DNA of 64,000 bases, from positions 25,541,648 to 25,605,647 of the forward strand of contig NC_092673.1 of NCBI RefSeq assembly GCF_964355755.1, written 5' to 3'. Positions 1-11,832 of the stretch are shown here, one piece after another. Below the pieces are notes generated by a model that searched no databases, was not told where the DNA came from, and saw only the letters and a program-made list of their open reading frames with translations. A program made the position numbers and the translations under genes. How positions within the stretch are numbered: the stretch's first letter is position 1; every line of letters begins with the position of its first letter. This stretch comes from Antedon mediterranea. Its lineage: Eukaryota; Animalia; Echinodermata.

Positions 1-628
1 CAGTTAAAACGGGTACAAACGACAAAAGAGCAGAAACTACCCACGCAGTCATTATCATTATTCGTGACTTTCTTTTTGTCATTTTACTCTGGTATTGAAA
101 CGGCATCATTATAGCCCAATATCTATCCAAACTGATAACAAACAAATTTAAAATGGAAGCGGTTGACATCATTATATCCAGCGCCGTGTGTATATCACAA
201 AAACGACCAAACGGCCAATATCCAGCCGTTGTATAAACAACGTTAAAACTCATAACAAGTAAAGCGACGAGAACGTCCGAGAAGGCTAATGATACAATGA
301 AATGATTTGTTATTCTTTTCCGTAGATGTCGCCAATTCAATACCGATGCGATGACTAGGCAGTTTCCAAAAAACGTTGCAAGTGTTATGCACGTGAGTGC
401 AATACCTGCCGCAACTTGCGCATTGCCCTCTGTAGGGCAAAGTGGATTTCCGGAAGAATTTGTAGATGATAAATGATCGAATCCATCGTTAATCAAAGCA
501 CTTGTTGGAACCCTTAACTCATATGTACTATTTGGTGAATTTTCATCCAACACCGCTGTTCTATACGGCGATGTAAGTCCGATTACAGTCACGGAATATA
601 AGTTAGGTTGAACGGCTTTTGTAGACAT
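1..628 (-). CDS. DRD1: D1-like dopamine receptor (class A aminergic GPCR), N-terminus to TM4; continues beyond the left edge of the window
   Basis: Manual translation from ATG 628, with no stop down to base 1: MSTKAVQPNLYSVTVIGLTSPYRTAVLDENSPNSTYELRVPTSALINDGFDHLSSTNSSGNPLCPTEGNAQVAAGIALTCITLATFFGNCLVIASVLNWRHLRKRITNHFIVSLAFSDVLVALLVMSFNVVYTTAGYWPFGRFCDIHTALDIMMSTASILNLFVISLDRYWAIMMPFQYQSKMTKRKSRIMIMTAWVVSALLSFVPVLT. It has the TM1 GN, TM2 SLAxxD, amine-binding Asp3.32 (176-178), STASILNL, DRY (119-127), TM4 Trp and two N-glycosylation sequons (NST, NSS). RHLRKRITN, WPFGRFC and DRYWAIxxPFxYxxKMT match vertebrate D1/D5. The symbol means D1-like; orthology was not tested. Confidence 0.93.
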   Translation of the reverse strand, partial: MSTKAVQPNLYSVTVIGLTSPYRTAVLDENSPNSTYELRVPTSALINDGFDHLSSTNSSGNPLCPTEGNAQVAAGIALTCITLATFFGNCLVIASVLNWRHLRKRITNHFIVSLAFSDVLVALLVMSFNVVYTTAGYWPFGRFCDIHTALDIMMSTASILNLFVISLDRYWAIMMPFQYQSKMTKRKSRIMIMTAWVVSALLSFVPVLT

Positions 629-692
629 ATTTGGTGACTTGAAGCGTTCGACCAGGACACGAGATCCTTACGTTGTGATTTTCATATCATGG
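629..692 (-). other. 5' UTR portion of the coding exon, with splice acceptor and two short uORFs
   Basis: Minus strand reads ttcttttttatatatctttacAG|cc (AG = 693-694). In-frame TAA at 668-670. uORFs: ATG-ATA-TGA (690-682) and ATG-AAA-ATC-ACA-ACG-TAA (685-668). Confidence 0.7.
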
Positions 693-750
693 CTGTAAAG
701 ATATATAAAAAAGAACATGACATTAATACAAAATATACAAAAATATTTAT

Positions 751-940
751 AGCTTGGTGGTTAAGCTGCTTCCAAGGTTCTGGGTTCGAATACTGTCATC
801 TCATGACAAAATAACGACTCCATTCCAAAGATAAAAGTTGGTACTGTTAACAGTTTGTCACTCTTTGAACAAGAACAGTGAGTAAATATTCGCTTATGGT
901 AGGTCTATATCGTGGACAGTTTCCTTATAAAAACAAACAA
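751..940 (+). mobile_element. tRNA-derived SINE, decayed
   Basis: A-box-like AGCTTGGTGG, B-box-like GGTTCGAATAC and an A-rich end. The body gacaaaataacgactccattccaaaga is shared with the copy at 8913-9040. Confidence 0.5.
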
Positions 941-1832
941 GCACTGTACCCTCATTACTGTAAAGTCTACCTTAAGTAAAAAATCAAGAGAAAATCTTAA
1001 AATCAAAACCGTATTTACAAGAATGTCAGTAAGTAAGAAGACAACACACTCATGGGGATCGTCTTATGCTCAGTTGAGTGGAAATACCAACGCGGTGATG
1101 TTCCACGACAGTAATGATTATGTATTAGCTTTTTTATATAGTCATATCCAAAACCTCAAACCATTGTTATATCATCAAACAGACTAATACACATTATTAA
1201 ACCACATTTTGTAAACAGTGCCTTATTTGATCGTTTAATATGGGCCCAGCAGAAACGATAAAACTAATTGACAAAAGAACCGGAATTTGTAGTCAACAAT
1301 CAATTGAATCGAATTTCCAAGATAGCCTGGAAGCTTTAGAACCTCCAGAAGATATGATGATCTATAAAATGCGCAAAAATCGATTCTTGTCGCCATAAAT
1401 AGTCATTTCACGCCTAGGATCCAAAAATAGTTACGAAGAGCTACTCCAGGCCTACTCACTATGCAATTATGGCCGTAAAGTCAATCGCCGAGTTCTTTCG
1501 TCATTAACTTGGTGGCCTCTGATTTTATCGCATCGAATATTAAGAATGATAGGCCTATAATAATGTAACACAATGGTGGGTTACTAATTTTAAAGCTATA
1601 AATCGAGATGGTTCTAAGTTTGTGTCTAAATTGTGTCTTTGAAGACATTATTTTAAATATAGAAAAATCTTACTTAATTGATTGAAATTTTCTAAATTCC
1701 ATTACAAATTGTATCAACGCAAGGAAGTAACGTAAATCGAATTAAAGATTTTGCACGATACCTAAAATGTAAATTAAAGTTTAAGTCATCTACTCAATTT
1801 ATTGAATGATATACTTTACTGTACTTACTGCC

Positions 1833-2267
1833 TACTCAATTTGGTATGTATTGATAATAGTAGTTAGTTAGTACTTACTGTAGGCCTACATAATATTATG
1901 CACGATAATACCTTATAAAATCAGTTACTCAATTTGGTGTATTGATAATAGTAGTTAGTTAGTACTTACTGTAGGCCTACATCATGATATGCACGATAAT
2001 ACCTTATAAAATCAGTTACTCAATTTGGTATGTATTGATAATAGTAGTTAGTTAGTACTTACTGTAGGCCTACATCATGATATGCACGATAATACCTTAT
2101 AAAATCAGCTACACAATTTGGTATGTATTTATAATAGTAGTTAGTTAGTTAGTACTTACTGTAGGTCTACATCATGATATGCACGATAATACCTTATAAA
2201 ATCAGCTACACAATTTGGTATGTATTTATAATAGTAGTTAGTTAGTTAGTACTTACTGTAGGCTTAC
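1833..2267. repeat. Tandem repeat, ~91-97 bp unit, ~4.6 copies
   Basis: Unit tactcaatttggtatgtattgataatagtagttagttagtacttactgtaggcctacatcatgatatgcacgataataccttataaaatcag repeats head to tail. Confidence 0.95.
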
Positions 2268-3531
2268 ACCGTATTTCCAAAACAGACGAACAAGTACAAT
2301 CACATAAAATCTTGCAACTCACATTTATTGTAAAAAAACACGTATTTTTATTTTACAAAACTCAATTGTCACACTTGAAACTAAATCAGACGGTAACATG
2401 TTGGCGGCAAACGTGATGGAATCAAAAAGATAGCTAAACAGTTCTTCACTCCAGAGTACGATCATTGCGTACCATGCTGATATCACAATATTAGACGTGT
2501 TTACTTTACTAAGCATCTTCCACAGCCTTTACCAAACTGACCAGCGTAGCCTATTGTCATATCGAAGCAGATAGACGGCTTTGTGTTTAATAACACTTAA
2601 CCTGTTGAACAACATGCAAAATACATATCGATTTGTTTGAATGTCAAACAGCTACAGATGCCTGCGAGGCGTTATACGCTCTCCCTGGACAACACAACCA
2701 ATTTGCAGGTCATTTACACCTTGTCAAAATATGTTTACATATAAAAAAAAAACTTTTGACCGAAGTTCGTAGTCAGTTTACTTAATTTAACGTTTATCAT
2801 CGACATGATAATAATAATAATAATACTAATAGAATATAACATATAACATAAATGTTTTTAATTGGTCAATATTAAAGCCGTATAAACACATTTAATAAGT
2901 TGATGGTAGGCATACCTCACAGCGCATGCGTAATTATGAAATAATTTGGATACGGTAGTGTGTAAAATAGGCTTTATATTAGCAATAGGTTCTCTAGCGT
3001 ATGCCTAAACCATAATACAGCGCGTACAATAAAATTATATATCAAAGGGCAATTTAAAATAAATATAATCCAGTAAATATTAACAGAAATGTATTTTTTA
3101 GAGCCTGGATGGCAGACCATCTGGGAATGTAGTATAGAGCTGGGGGTCCCATCAGGCGTTTAAAATCAGCACTGCTAACTCTTATAGCAGCCCCTGCATC
3201 TAGTATCCGCCTCAGATAAATATTTTGGCACACATGGCGTTTCATACGTATACTACCTGAGCTTGTATTTCAAAATTCAAAAACGTCGACTGGTGGACTA
3301 ACAAAAAAGACAATAATAAATATATATAAAACGTATCATGCCTTTTCTCTGACCAAGAAGGACACTAGACGACAGAAACCATCGATCAATGATAATAGGT
3401 AATGTAGGCCTAATGACATTGTTGTTTGCGACAGACTTCGGCCATACAATAAAAATCATTGTATAAACATTAGAATTGTTAAACTAGAGAACTTGACTAA
3501 TGCAAAGCTATTTTTCACGTTTGATTGTGAT

Positions 3532-3705
3532 TAGTCTGGGTTCTAGACCAAATTTTGACTTAATATTAGTAAAAAGATAAATATTTTGGCATATATGGCG
3601 TTTCATACGTATACTACTTGGGCTTTTATTTTCAGACAAAAATCGAAACGTCGACTGGTGGACTAACAAAAAGACAATAATAAATACAGACTTGGGGCAA
3701 GTCTA
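3532..3705. mobile_element. ~170 bp non-autonomous element with TAG...CTA termini and terminal hairpins (Academ-like)
   Basis: GAT|TAGTCTGGGTTCTAGAC...AGACTTGGGGCAAGTCTA|GAT gives a 3-bp TSD. Related copies at ~3211-3320, 6541-6851, ~26935-27029, ~42163-42284 and, inverted, ~49925-50072. Confidence 0.7.
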
Positions 3706-5438
3706 GATTGTGGTTAGTGAAATAAACATATGAAAATATTATTTACAATATACATCTATCGATGTTCATGGTTTTTACATCAATATTAACGATGTTTGTG
3801 GTTCACTTGACTTTCATATAATCCTAAATTGATTCGATAGATTAGTCATAACTGATTGTTTCAGTTGTTGTTGTTGTTACTTTAGAGTTTCACAGAAACA
3901 CACACATGTTGATTAACTTTGACTTGTTCTTGTTTGATTATACAATGTGATCGGTAGTACACGATAATCACAACATACTCCTCCTAATGTGGGGGGGGGG
4001 GGGGGGTGGCGGCACCTCTTACAGGGGACACTCCTATTAATGAGAGACACATTTCTTAATAACGATTCTACTGTATAGCAATTCATAAACAATTTAAGTA
4101 TGGTAGTAGTTTTACATTAGAGAAAAAACTCCATGATGCAAATAATTTTACTAATTTTGTACCAGATTTTGAGGGTTACGGGTGGGGGACGAAATGGGTT
4201 CTGTATATAGATATTCACAGTATCCTAAGAAGATTCCGTAATATACAGCATCGAATGTGATACAGTCTTATGAGATTTTGCTACTGATGAAATAATTGTT
4301 GTACCCGAGATAGAGCACTAGACATTGGGTTGAGTGTTACATGTGATACCGGTATATTAACAATTATAAACATTATCCAACGCAAGAAGAAAATAAACAT
4401 TTTATTTAACTGCGACGACGCTTACTTCTCGAGGTAAGCTGATTTGTTCTTTAAAGTAGAAATTAATTTCTTTAGCACTTTGTGACTAAATGATAAATTG
4501 GCTTGATTAATTTAAAGCTGAAATTATTTATTATTTAAATATATAGAATTTAACAACAACTCTTCGCCACAAGGGGGGTATTAGTCATTAAATCTTCATC
4601 ACTGAACTTCAAAGACTTTAAACACCGCATAACTAAACTACCAATGGCGTTAAAACAGTGGCTAAAAGAATACGTCTTGTTCAAAGTATATACAATTATA
4701 AAGTGTATTGAATGTTTAATGTATATAAAATATTCAGGTATATCGAGCTTTCAAGTCTTGCATTACAGCTATATAAAAGGGCGGCCGCAGGCTACATCAA
4801 TTTCCAGATTGCAACTCTGTGTTATCCTCTTATATACCAACGTTATTCTAAATATAATAGCAGTATTATTTTATATTACACATAAGAGGGAACCCGCTCC
4901 AATCCCCCATCCCAAAAAACACTTCTTTGAGACGGGGTTTAAAGTGGGCCTACAGGATAGTTTAACACTTTCAGTTCCGGTCATTTTGATACCGGACCCC
5001 GTTTGTTTAGATTGTAAAAACGTACAAATGCTCTTACCTGTCCATTCCCTGGCATTTTATATTCTTATACTTATAGCACAGAGAAATAAAAAATAACTTA
5101 TTTTGCCATGCTTATAGTAATAATCTCAATAATATGTCTGGTTGTCTCTCCTGGGACAGGAAGATTGAGGCAAAGGCCTATTCTTTCTTATTTATTCCGT
5201 ATATGGTCTAGCTTTCGGTAGCAACAGCTCGGTAAATGTTAATAATTGTCGAAGAAAGTAATATGGCTGAAGGAAAGTTGAACGTTTAAATACATTCTTT
5301 AGCTGAGGGAGTACTCAAATAGACGAATGCTTTATCATGAATAAGAAGATAACCATCGGTCACTAGATGACCATCTGACACTATAGAAGATGACCAGTCG
5401 GCAACTTCAAACAAATTCAAAACAATAGCATTTCTTAC

Positions 5439-5471
5439 CTTCATTAATTCGCAGACATTTTAGATATTCTT
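5439..5471 (-). other. Candidate 33-nt non-coding micro-exon of the receptor 5' UTR
   Basis: attatcatttccAG|aagaat...aatgaag|GTAAGA; splice signals only. Confidence 0.3.
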
Positions 5472-6540
5472 CTGGAAATGATAATATACTTTCTTTAAAG
5501 TTAAACATGAAAAATACTAAAAAGAAATCAATAATGCGTTGTTCTTAAAAGCTACACGAAATCAAAATAAACAGTTGTTGTTGAATTGACGCTTCTTATA
5601 GAATACTGTATCACCATGCATGGAGGAACATAATATCAATATAATGGTTATACCGGAAATGCGTATTTACACAGAACGACATAAAACACAACAACAATTA
5701 CATTATGTAGTAACAACACAGAGGCTTAGGAATAGATCGATCGTTTTACCTTGACTTTGGTCTAGTTTAATATAGCAATAGAAAGATCCGTATGCGTCAT
5801 AAGGAAAAAGATCAGAAACTACGAAATCATTATCGACTGTCAGAACATGAACAAACGTTAGGCCAATCATGGGTAACCGTAACAGGAACAGACCTTACAC
5901 TTACAGTAGCCTATTGTATTGTTCACAATGTTATCTCAGTTAGTTACTGTTTGTTGAAAAAAATAATATAGGCCTAATATTCATTCTTATGAGCGCATAG
6001 ATCTCGATGTGCTGTATAAAATTGATGGCAGAAAAGGCAACATAAATGGTTAAAAAGGTTGTTAGAAAAGACAGCCTTCAATTGTAGTTGTATGCCGACA
6101 TACATAAGAATTTCTTTCAGAAATAAAAAATTAAGTAATTCGAATGTTCGCAATTGCTAAAAGAACACTGCATAACACCATGATAATTGGAGCAGTCAAA
6201 ATGAGTGCCGCGATCAAATAAAAGTCGCGTTGAAACCGCTGAAAATGTCATAGCGGCACTTAATTCATTAATTATAGTACTGCAATGGGACCTATGAAGC
6301 TTAATTGAAATGAAAAATTTGTTTCAAATCATAACGTTAATTTTAGAAAAATCTATCAGCTTATCAAGCTATAGTCAATTACAACAACACTAAAAACAAT
6401 CCGTAATAATTAAAATAGATACCGTACATTTTATGTTTTAAACGTGCATAATGACATGAGGTTGTGGATCCTGCTTTCTTTTAAGCAATTGTCAATAGCG
6501 TATGCGTGTGAATCTTGAATACCATGTACATATGTCTAGT

Positions 6541-6851
6541 TAGTCTTGGGTTCTAGACCGAAATTAGTGAAAAGATAAATTAATATTTTGGCACATATGG
6601 CGTTTCATACGTATAATATATAAGCAAGTAGTATTCATAGAAAAATCGAAACGCCGACTGGTGGACTAATAATTACATATATAATAATTACATAAAAACA
6701 TAAACAAGGCCATATACATGGCTGCAGTCGCGTTCTCAAATTTGACCAACCGACCGACCAATCTATCGACCAACCGACCGACATAGTAAGCTGTTGAGTC
6801 GCGTTTGCACGCGACTAAAAAGACAATAACTACAGACTTGGGGCAAATCTA
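6541..6851. mobile_element. Second copy of the TAG...CTA element, interrupted by a Helentron-like insertion
   Basis: Same termini and body as 3532-3705, with extra sequence that includes 6702-6820. Confidence 0.65.
6702..6820. mobile_element. Short Helentron/HINE-like element
   Basis: aaacaaggccatatacatggctgcagtcgcgt, then a (ccga/ccaa)n microsatellite, then the hairpin agtcgcgt..acgcgact and an A-run. Copies at 41188-41284 and, inverted and partial, ~52403-52488. Confidence 0.6.
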
Positions 6852-7473
6852 AGGGCTAGTGTTCATTTTACAACAAATATTTAACGCAATAACACAACAT
6901 TAGGTCTTCGATAACAGGCGGACATTAGTCACACTAAAAAATAGTGGATAAAAATGTATAATCCTAAAAATCAATTTAAATGCTTATTCTTTACTTTAAT
7001 TGTAAGAAAAAAGAGAGGTCTCACACAGCTCTTAGTGTCCGTTATAATTTTGAGGAATATTAAAAATGAACCTTGAGCCCCGGAGGTTGATCTTGTTAGT
7101 CAAATGGTACTGTACAACCTTATTTTCAGAATAACAATTTAACTGCCGGAACACAACTTAATTTATTCATGACACTAATTCATCGTGTCATTCATCTAAA
7201 AAGTAGTTCAGGGTACATTATTTAGGCATGTGTTGTAATTTATGTTCATCTTCATTAATTATACGGTATAGTGTGCCTAAGCCGGATATGAGTTCCAGTT
7301 CCAGTAGAGTCCTGAAGGAATCTTTCTTGTCTAGCGAAATTAATGAAAATTTAAATGTGAAAAATAGACGTTTATGTGTACAGTCGTTTATGTATATTAA
7401 CTGTGCATAAACGACTGTACATTGACGTCTATTTTCCACAGTGGCATTTTGTCATTAAAAGTACTTAACGTTC

Positions 7474-7730
7474 TTTTTTTTTTTTTGTCTGTTTTACATT
7501 TGGTTTGTGCTCACTACGGACCCACGCTGGCCACAGTCAAGCCTACCATGAACGATGGGCTGGCTGAGATGGACCAACCGGGGTAGTTCTCCCCTACTAT
7601 TCCGAAAGATACACTGGTTTATTTGAAGTTCACACGAAGCAGATGTGTACACTGGACCTTATCCGAGAAGACTTGGACAGTGCTCATGTGTCATTCACTA
7701 TCTTGATCATGGAGTAGCACTCAAACTGGG
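7474..7730 (-). mobile_element. SINE with Nin-like central domain and poly(A) tail
   Basis: Core ccggggtagttctcccctact...ccttatccgagaagact is shared with 27960-28165 and 48821-49268. The T-run at 7474-7486 is the poly(A) tail on the minus strand. Confidence 0.6.
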
Positions 7731-8912
7731 ACAGAATGCCTTTAATAAAACAAGAAATATTTCTTACAAAAAACGCTGCTCGCTTATTGAAAAATATTTT
7801 TTATTTCAAATGTTTTTGAATGTGTCATTTTATTGTCACATAATAGTTATTTTACCTGAAAAAAATTTAATTTAAAGCAACAAATACTTAAATTGTCTGT
7901 CAGACAATGGTTTTTGGGTTTCTTTTCTTTTTTTTATACGTGAATAAATATTATTTTTTTGTTACAGAAGTGAATACTCAATTTCTGTCACTTTAGTTAA
8001 TTTTATTGCTAAGGTCAAATCTGGGGGTCACTTCATCACCCTAGATATTTCAATTGTGAAGTATCCTATTACTAACACAAACTTTAATGGACTGTTTTGA
8101 TAATAATTCAATGAATATCTGACAGTGAATATACCAGAAATGCTTAGGGATTTGTAATTTTAGCATGACATGTCCTAATAGACTCTTTCCCAGACGTTTT
8201 TTGGGTCTACTGTAGCAGCTGGAATCAATAAATCATAGTGGAGTTTCCATTTTCACAAAACTGTCTGTCCTTAGAACTATAACTGCTGCTTGCTTTAGCT
8301 TCTGATTTAGTAGTCCTAATGGGACGTAGCGGGCTAGAGCAGCAGCGTGATTAATAATCTACGCTAGTTTACCGTTTTTCAAGTCCTTCGTTTCTAGCCT
8401 ATTCGCGGTTATTTCCATTTTGTTATATTTTACTCATCTTCTACTAAACGGAAACGATTTGTGTTCATAAATGTCTATTCTACAACATCCTTCTACGATT
8501 AGAGTTTTTTCACCCAATAATAGTTCAACAAAAAGCCTCAAGGAATCAATAAAAGCCAGAAATAGTTATGATCAAAATGTAAAGAAAAGATTCAACCAAA
8601 ATCTAATAGATATGTTTTGGTTAAAATCTGATTAAACTTTAGTAGTGTAACATGCATGGTTATTAGAAAGCAGCAGAATATGATTGTTATTGCTGTTTGA
8701 TATTGTCATCTACATTAATCAAAGGGATTATGACAGAAACGGGAAGCATCGCATATTCTCGTTACAACAGTAATTAAATTAAACGAACCGCGACCTCAAA
8801 AGCAAAAAAAGTAATAAAATACAAAGCAAATGGCAAGTAACGGATTCAAGCACAATAGCGCAGATGTTACAGGGAAATTAATTTATTAAAACAATATTCA
8901 TGAGGATGTAAG

Positions 8913-9040
8913 TGGAGTATGGCTTGGTGGTTGTGATGCTTGGCTACCACTCCAAGGGTCCTGGGTTCCCGTCACGTTCACGTCAGGATTTTTTTCTAAG
9001 GACAAAATTACAACTCCACTCCCAAAGACTTGTGATATGA
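8913..9040 (+). mobile_element. tRNA-derived SINE head, same family as 751-940
   Basis: TGGCTTGGTGG A-box, ctgggttc B-box remnant, and shared gacaaaattacaactccactcccaaaga. Confidence 0.5.
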
Positions 9041-9249
9041 CTTTGTTTATATAGAGCAGCTTTTTTCTTCACCCTCATTAAATATGGTAAAAAAATAGAC
9101 ACTATTGAAGGGATTACAGATGACGCAACCTTCTCGTTGTCGTCTGGGACATCACTAGGGGAATGTAACCATTTTTTAGGAGACACCTCGATTAAGGTCA
9201 CCCTATTCCCATTGCTGTATGTCCACACTATCTATTTCCGAAGTATCAT

Positions 9250-9480
9250 AATATTTGGTAATACAGCATCTCATTTATATCACATAACTGAAGCGCCCAT
9301 GACTCTCATCTCATCTCCTAGTAACGCTATAGAAACTCAGTCATGAACGAAAAACAATGTCTGAAACTAAAAAAATAAATGGGTCTTAAGCCGACCTTAG
9401 AAATACAAACGGAAGGATTAAACCACGATTAAGGAAGCGAGTTCCCACTAGCATTACCACCACAATCGTAAGGTTTCGAG
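9250..9480 (-). mobile_element. L2/CR1-group LINE 3' fragment
   Basis: Minus strand gives frameshifted WNSLP and RLKTHLF, typical of the ORF2 C-terminus, followed by an agcg...ggcgc...tataaat L2-type tail. Confidence 0.55.
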
Positions 9481-9824
9481 GAATAATCATATCAATCAAT
9501 CAATCAATCAATTCAGTACAATAAATCAAATCATTACTACATAGACTATCATTTAGGAATTAGTTTGAACAAATGTTAATACAGTAAACTCTCTGAAAAC
9601 CGGAAACTCTCCCAAAACCAGCCCTTTTCTTGAGATCCAAAATGTCCCAAATTCAGTTTTACCAACTAGAAACACATTTCGAATACCATTCCATAAAACC
9701 AGACATAATGCAAACCCAAAGGTTTCTGGTATTGGGAGAGTGGCCGTGTATAAATACCATAGTGAAGAAAGGGAACGATTGTTAATTATTATTAAAAGTT
9801 GAGATGTTTTATATTCCACCCTTA

Positions 9825-9953
9825 AGCTTTGTCTACACTATCAAACTTTATGTTGCAAAACATTTGATGTGTTCATAATAATATGGACACGAATGCGTCA
9901 TATCACTACCATGTTTGAGAAAATCACACTTTTGAATAGTGTAGACAGAGATT
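9825..9953. mobile_element. MITE with AGCTCTGTCTACACTAT-type TIRs (Harbinger-like)
   Basis: agctttgtctacactat ... atagtgtagacagagat with TTA flanks. Related or partial copies at ~22925-23024, 32208-32332, 50113-50222 and 54058-54182. Confidence 0.7.
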
Positions 9954-10407
9954 TAGATAAATTCTCGGATTGTTTAACTTTATCAAGTTTTCAATTGGCA
10001 GTTCGCAGACAAAAAATAATTAAGTTTATTTTAAGGATCTGATTGGATTAGAACAATTTAAATATTTATAAACAAAGTAAGATTTGGTATATTATACTTG
10101 GCAATTTTACGACTTCTTAATCTAAATAGTTAGGCCTACCTACCATGGATAACTTCATGGGCCTACATAAGTTATGAGAAGAGTTAACGATAGCAACATT
10201 ACTTTTATAAACAAGATGTGTGGCAACATTTTACATTTCGTTTAAATTGGCACTGCCGTCTCTACACTCAAATGTTAATAGTTGAGGTATGACTAAATCA
10301 AACATTCTATAAACAAACTGCTGAGGGTCTGTTTTTTGTTATACCTCTTATACCTACTATGGTAAGAGAAATAGAAATAAAGAAAACATCAACTCTGCGG
10401 AAATGTA

Positions 10408-10514
10408 GGGTGTCTGGAAAACTCATATCTAGAAACCTCAGATCTCAGATATATCTGACTTTTTTAGATCTAGAAAACTGAGATATATCTGAGATCTGAG
10501 TTTTCTAGACACCC
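10408..10514. mobile_element. 107-bp foldback mini-element
   Basis: GGGTGTCTGGAAAACTCATATCT ... AGATCTGAGTTTTCTAGACACCC, with internal ctcagatct/agatctgag subrepeats; almost fully self-complementary. Confidence 0.7.
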
Positions 10515-11666
10515 GCGAATGTGTACTAGTACAAGTACAATATAATATTTAACATATTTACCGAAGCAAGTTAAAAAAAAAAGAAGTACATTATGAATTA
10601 AAGATATCAGCAGCTGCTTTGAATATAGTTGTTGTATACAAACATATAATATTGATATTTTATATCCCTTCGTCCTTATAAGGGGCCTATTGTATTTGCA
10701 GAGTATCAGAGTGTTTAAATGGAATTGGAAACAATATAGTACAAATTCAGTAATTTTTCATTCTCGTAACTATGATTTGTCAGTATCATAGACGACTTCT
10801 GATACAGTGTCACATAATGTATCACATGTGACGCCTCTATAAGTTAATTAACCTAACCCTAACGGGCACATCTGATACACGTGACCATGTATTACAGAAT
10901 TTGCCATGATACGGAACAGAGTGCCATAAAGCAGAGATACAACAAAGGGAATTCGGGTGAACATTTATGACACAAAATTATTTTATATATAATATAAGAC
11001 AACACTTACCGTAAGCTATTTAATCACAAATAATTTACGCTTTCTCAGTAGAGTGCTTTCAGATGTAAAAATCTGAATCATCCATAAAACATTCCAATAC
11101 TGAATTAAACACACGGCACAAATGTATTGTGTATTAATCTTTTATGTGTTTTATTCAAACGGTAATTGGAAGTGAAGGGAATATTAATTCTTATGTTGGT
11201 TATGCTGATTAAATCGACAACGAAGGCAAACCACTAAGATTAGATGTAAGTAATCAATAATGATTTGCAGTGCATTGAATTTAAATTCGGTTTCTCTACA
11301 GTCTTAATCCAATTGTGATTTCTATAACGTATTGGGAAGCATGGCGTAATAGTGAGTTTGCATAGTAAAAGGAGATGACTTCGTGGAAGTATGTTCATTG
11401 ACTATCTGTCATTATAAAGTACTGGGAATATTATTGTGAAAAATTCGATAAAATCTCCACCACCACCACCGCAGGACATTCACTCGCAGGGATACATCAT
11501 CTGAAGCGCACTTCTGTGTACAAGTGTCTATTTCACATTAAAACATGCGCGTAGGCGGCATATTATATAACGTTGCGTACTGTTAATCTATCCAGATTAT
11601 ATATACATTATAATTGCAAATATAATAATTTTTCTTAAAAGTAATTTATTATACAGTAATAGCTTA

Positions 11667-11832
11667 AGGGTCTTTCACACCTGGCACGATTCGGGTCCGG
11701 CGCTGGAAATAAAACGTCAATGTTTTGTTTTCACGCGGCTACGCGCTTATCAATTGACACATAAGCCGCGTGGAGCGTCGTGAAAACGAAACATTGGCGT
11801 TCGTTTCGCTGGACAGGTGTGAACGTCATTTT
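11667..11832. mobile_element. Old Harbinger-like MITE
   Basis: ttcacacctg ... caggtgtgaa imperfect TIRs, plus internal inverted tgttttgttttcacg / cgtgaaaacgaaaca. A similar decayed element spans ~11921-12260. Confidence 0.5.

Noticed and set aside
243-440. ORF-track 65-aa Cys/His-containing peptide
   Set aside because: It is an out-of-frame shadow of the real receptor CDS on the same strand.
4644-5096. 150-aa plus-strand ORF
   Set aside because: No recognisable motif, and its composition (I/L/Y/K/F-rich) is what AT-rich non-coding DNA gives by chance.
10851-10863. Telomere-like cctaaccctaac
   Set aside because: Only about two units, inside a repeat fragment.
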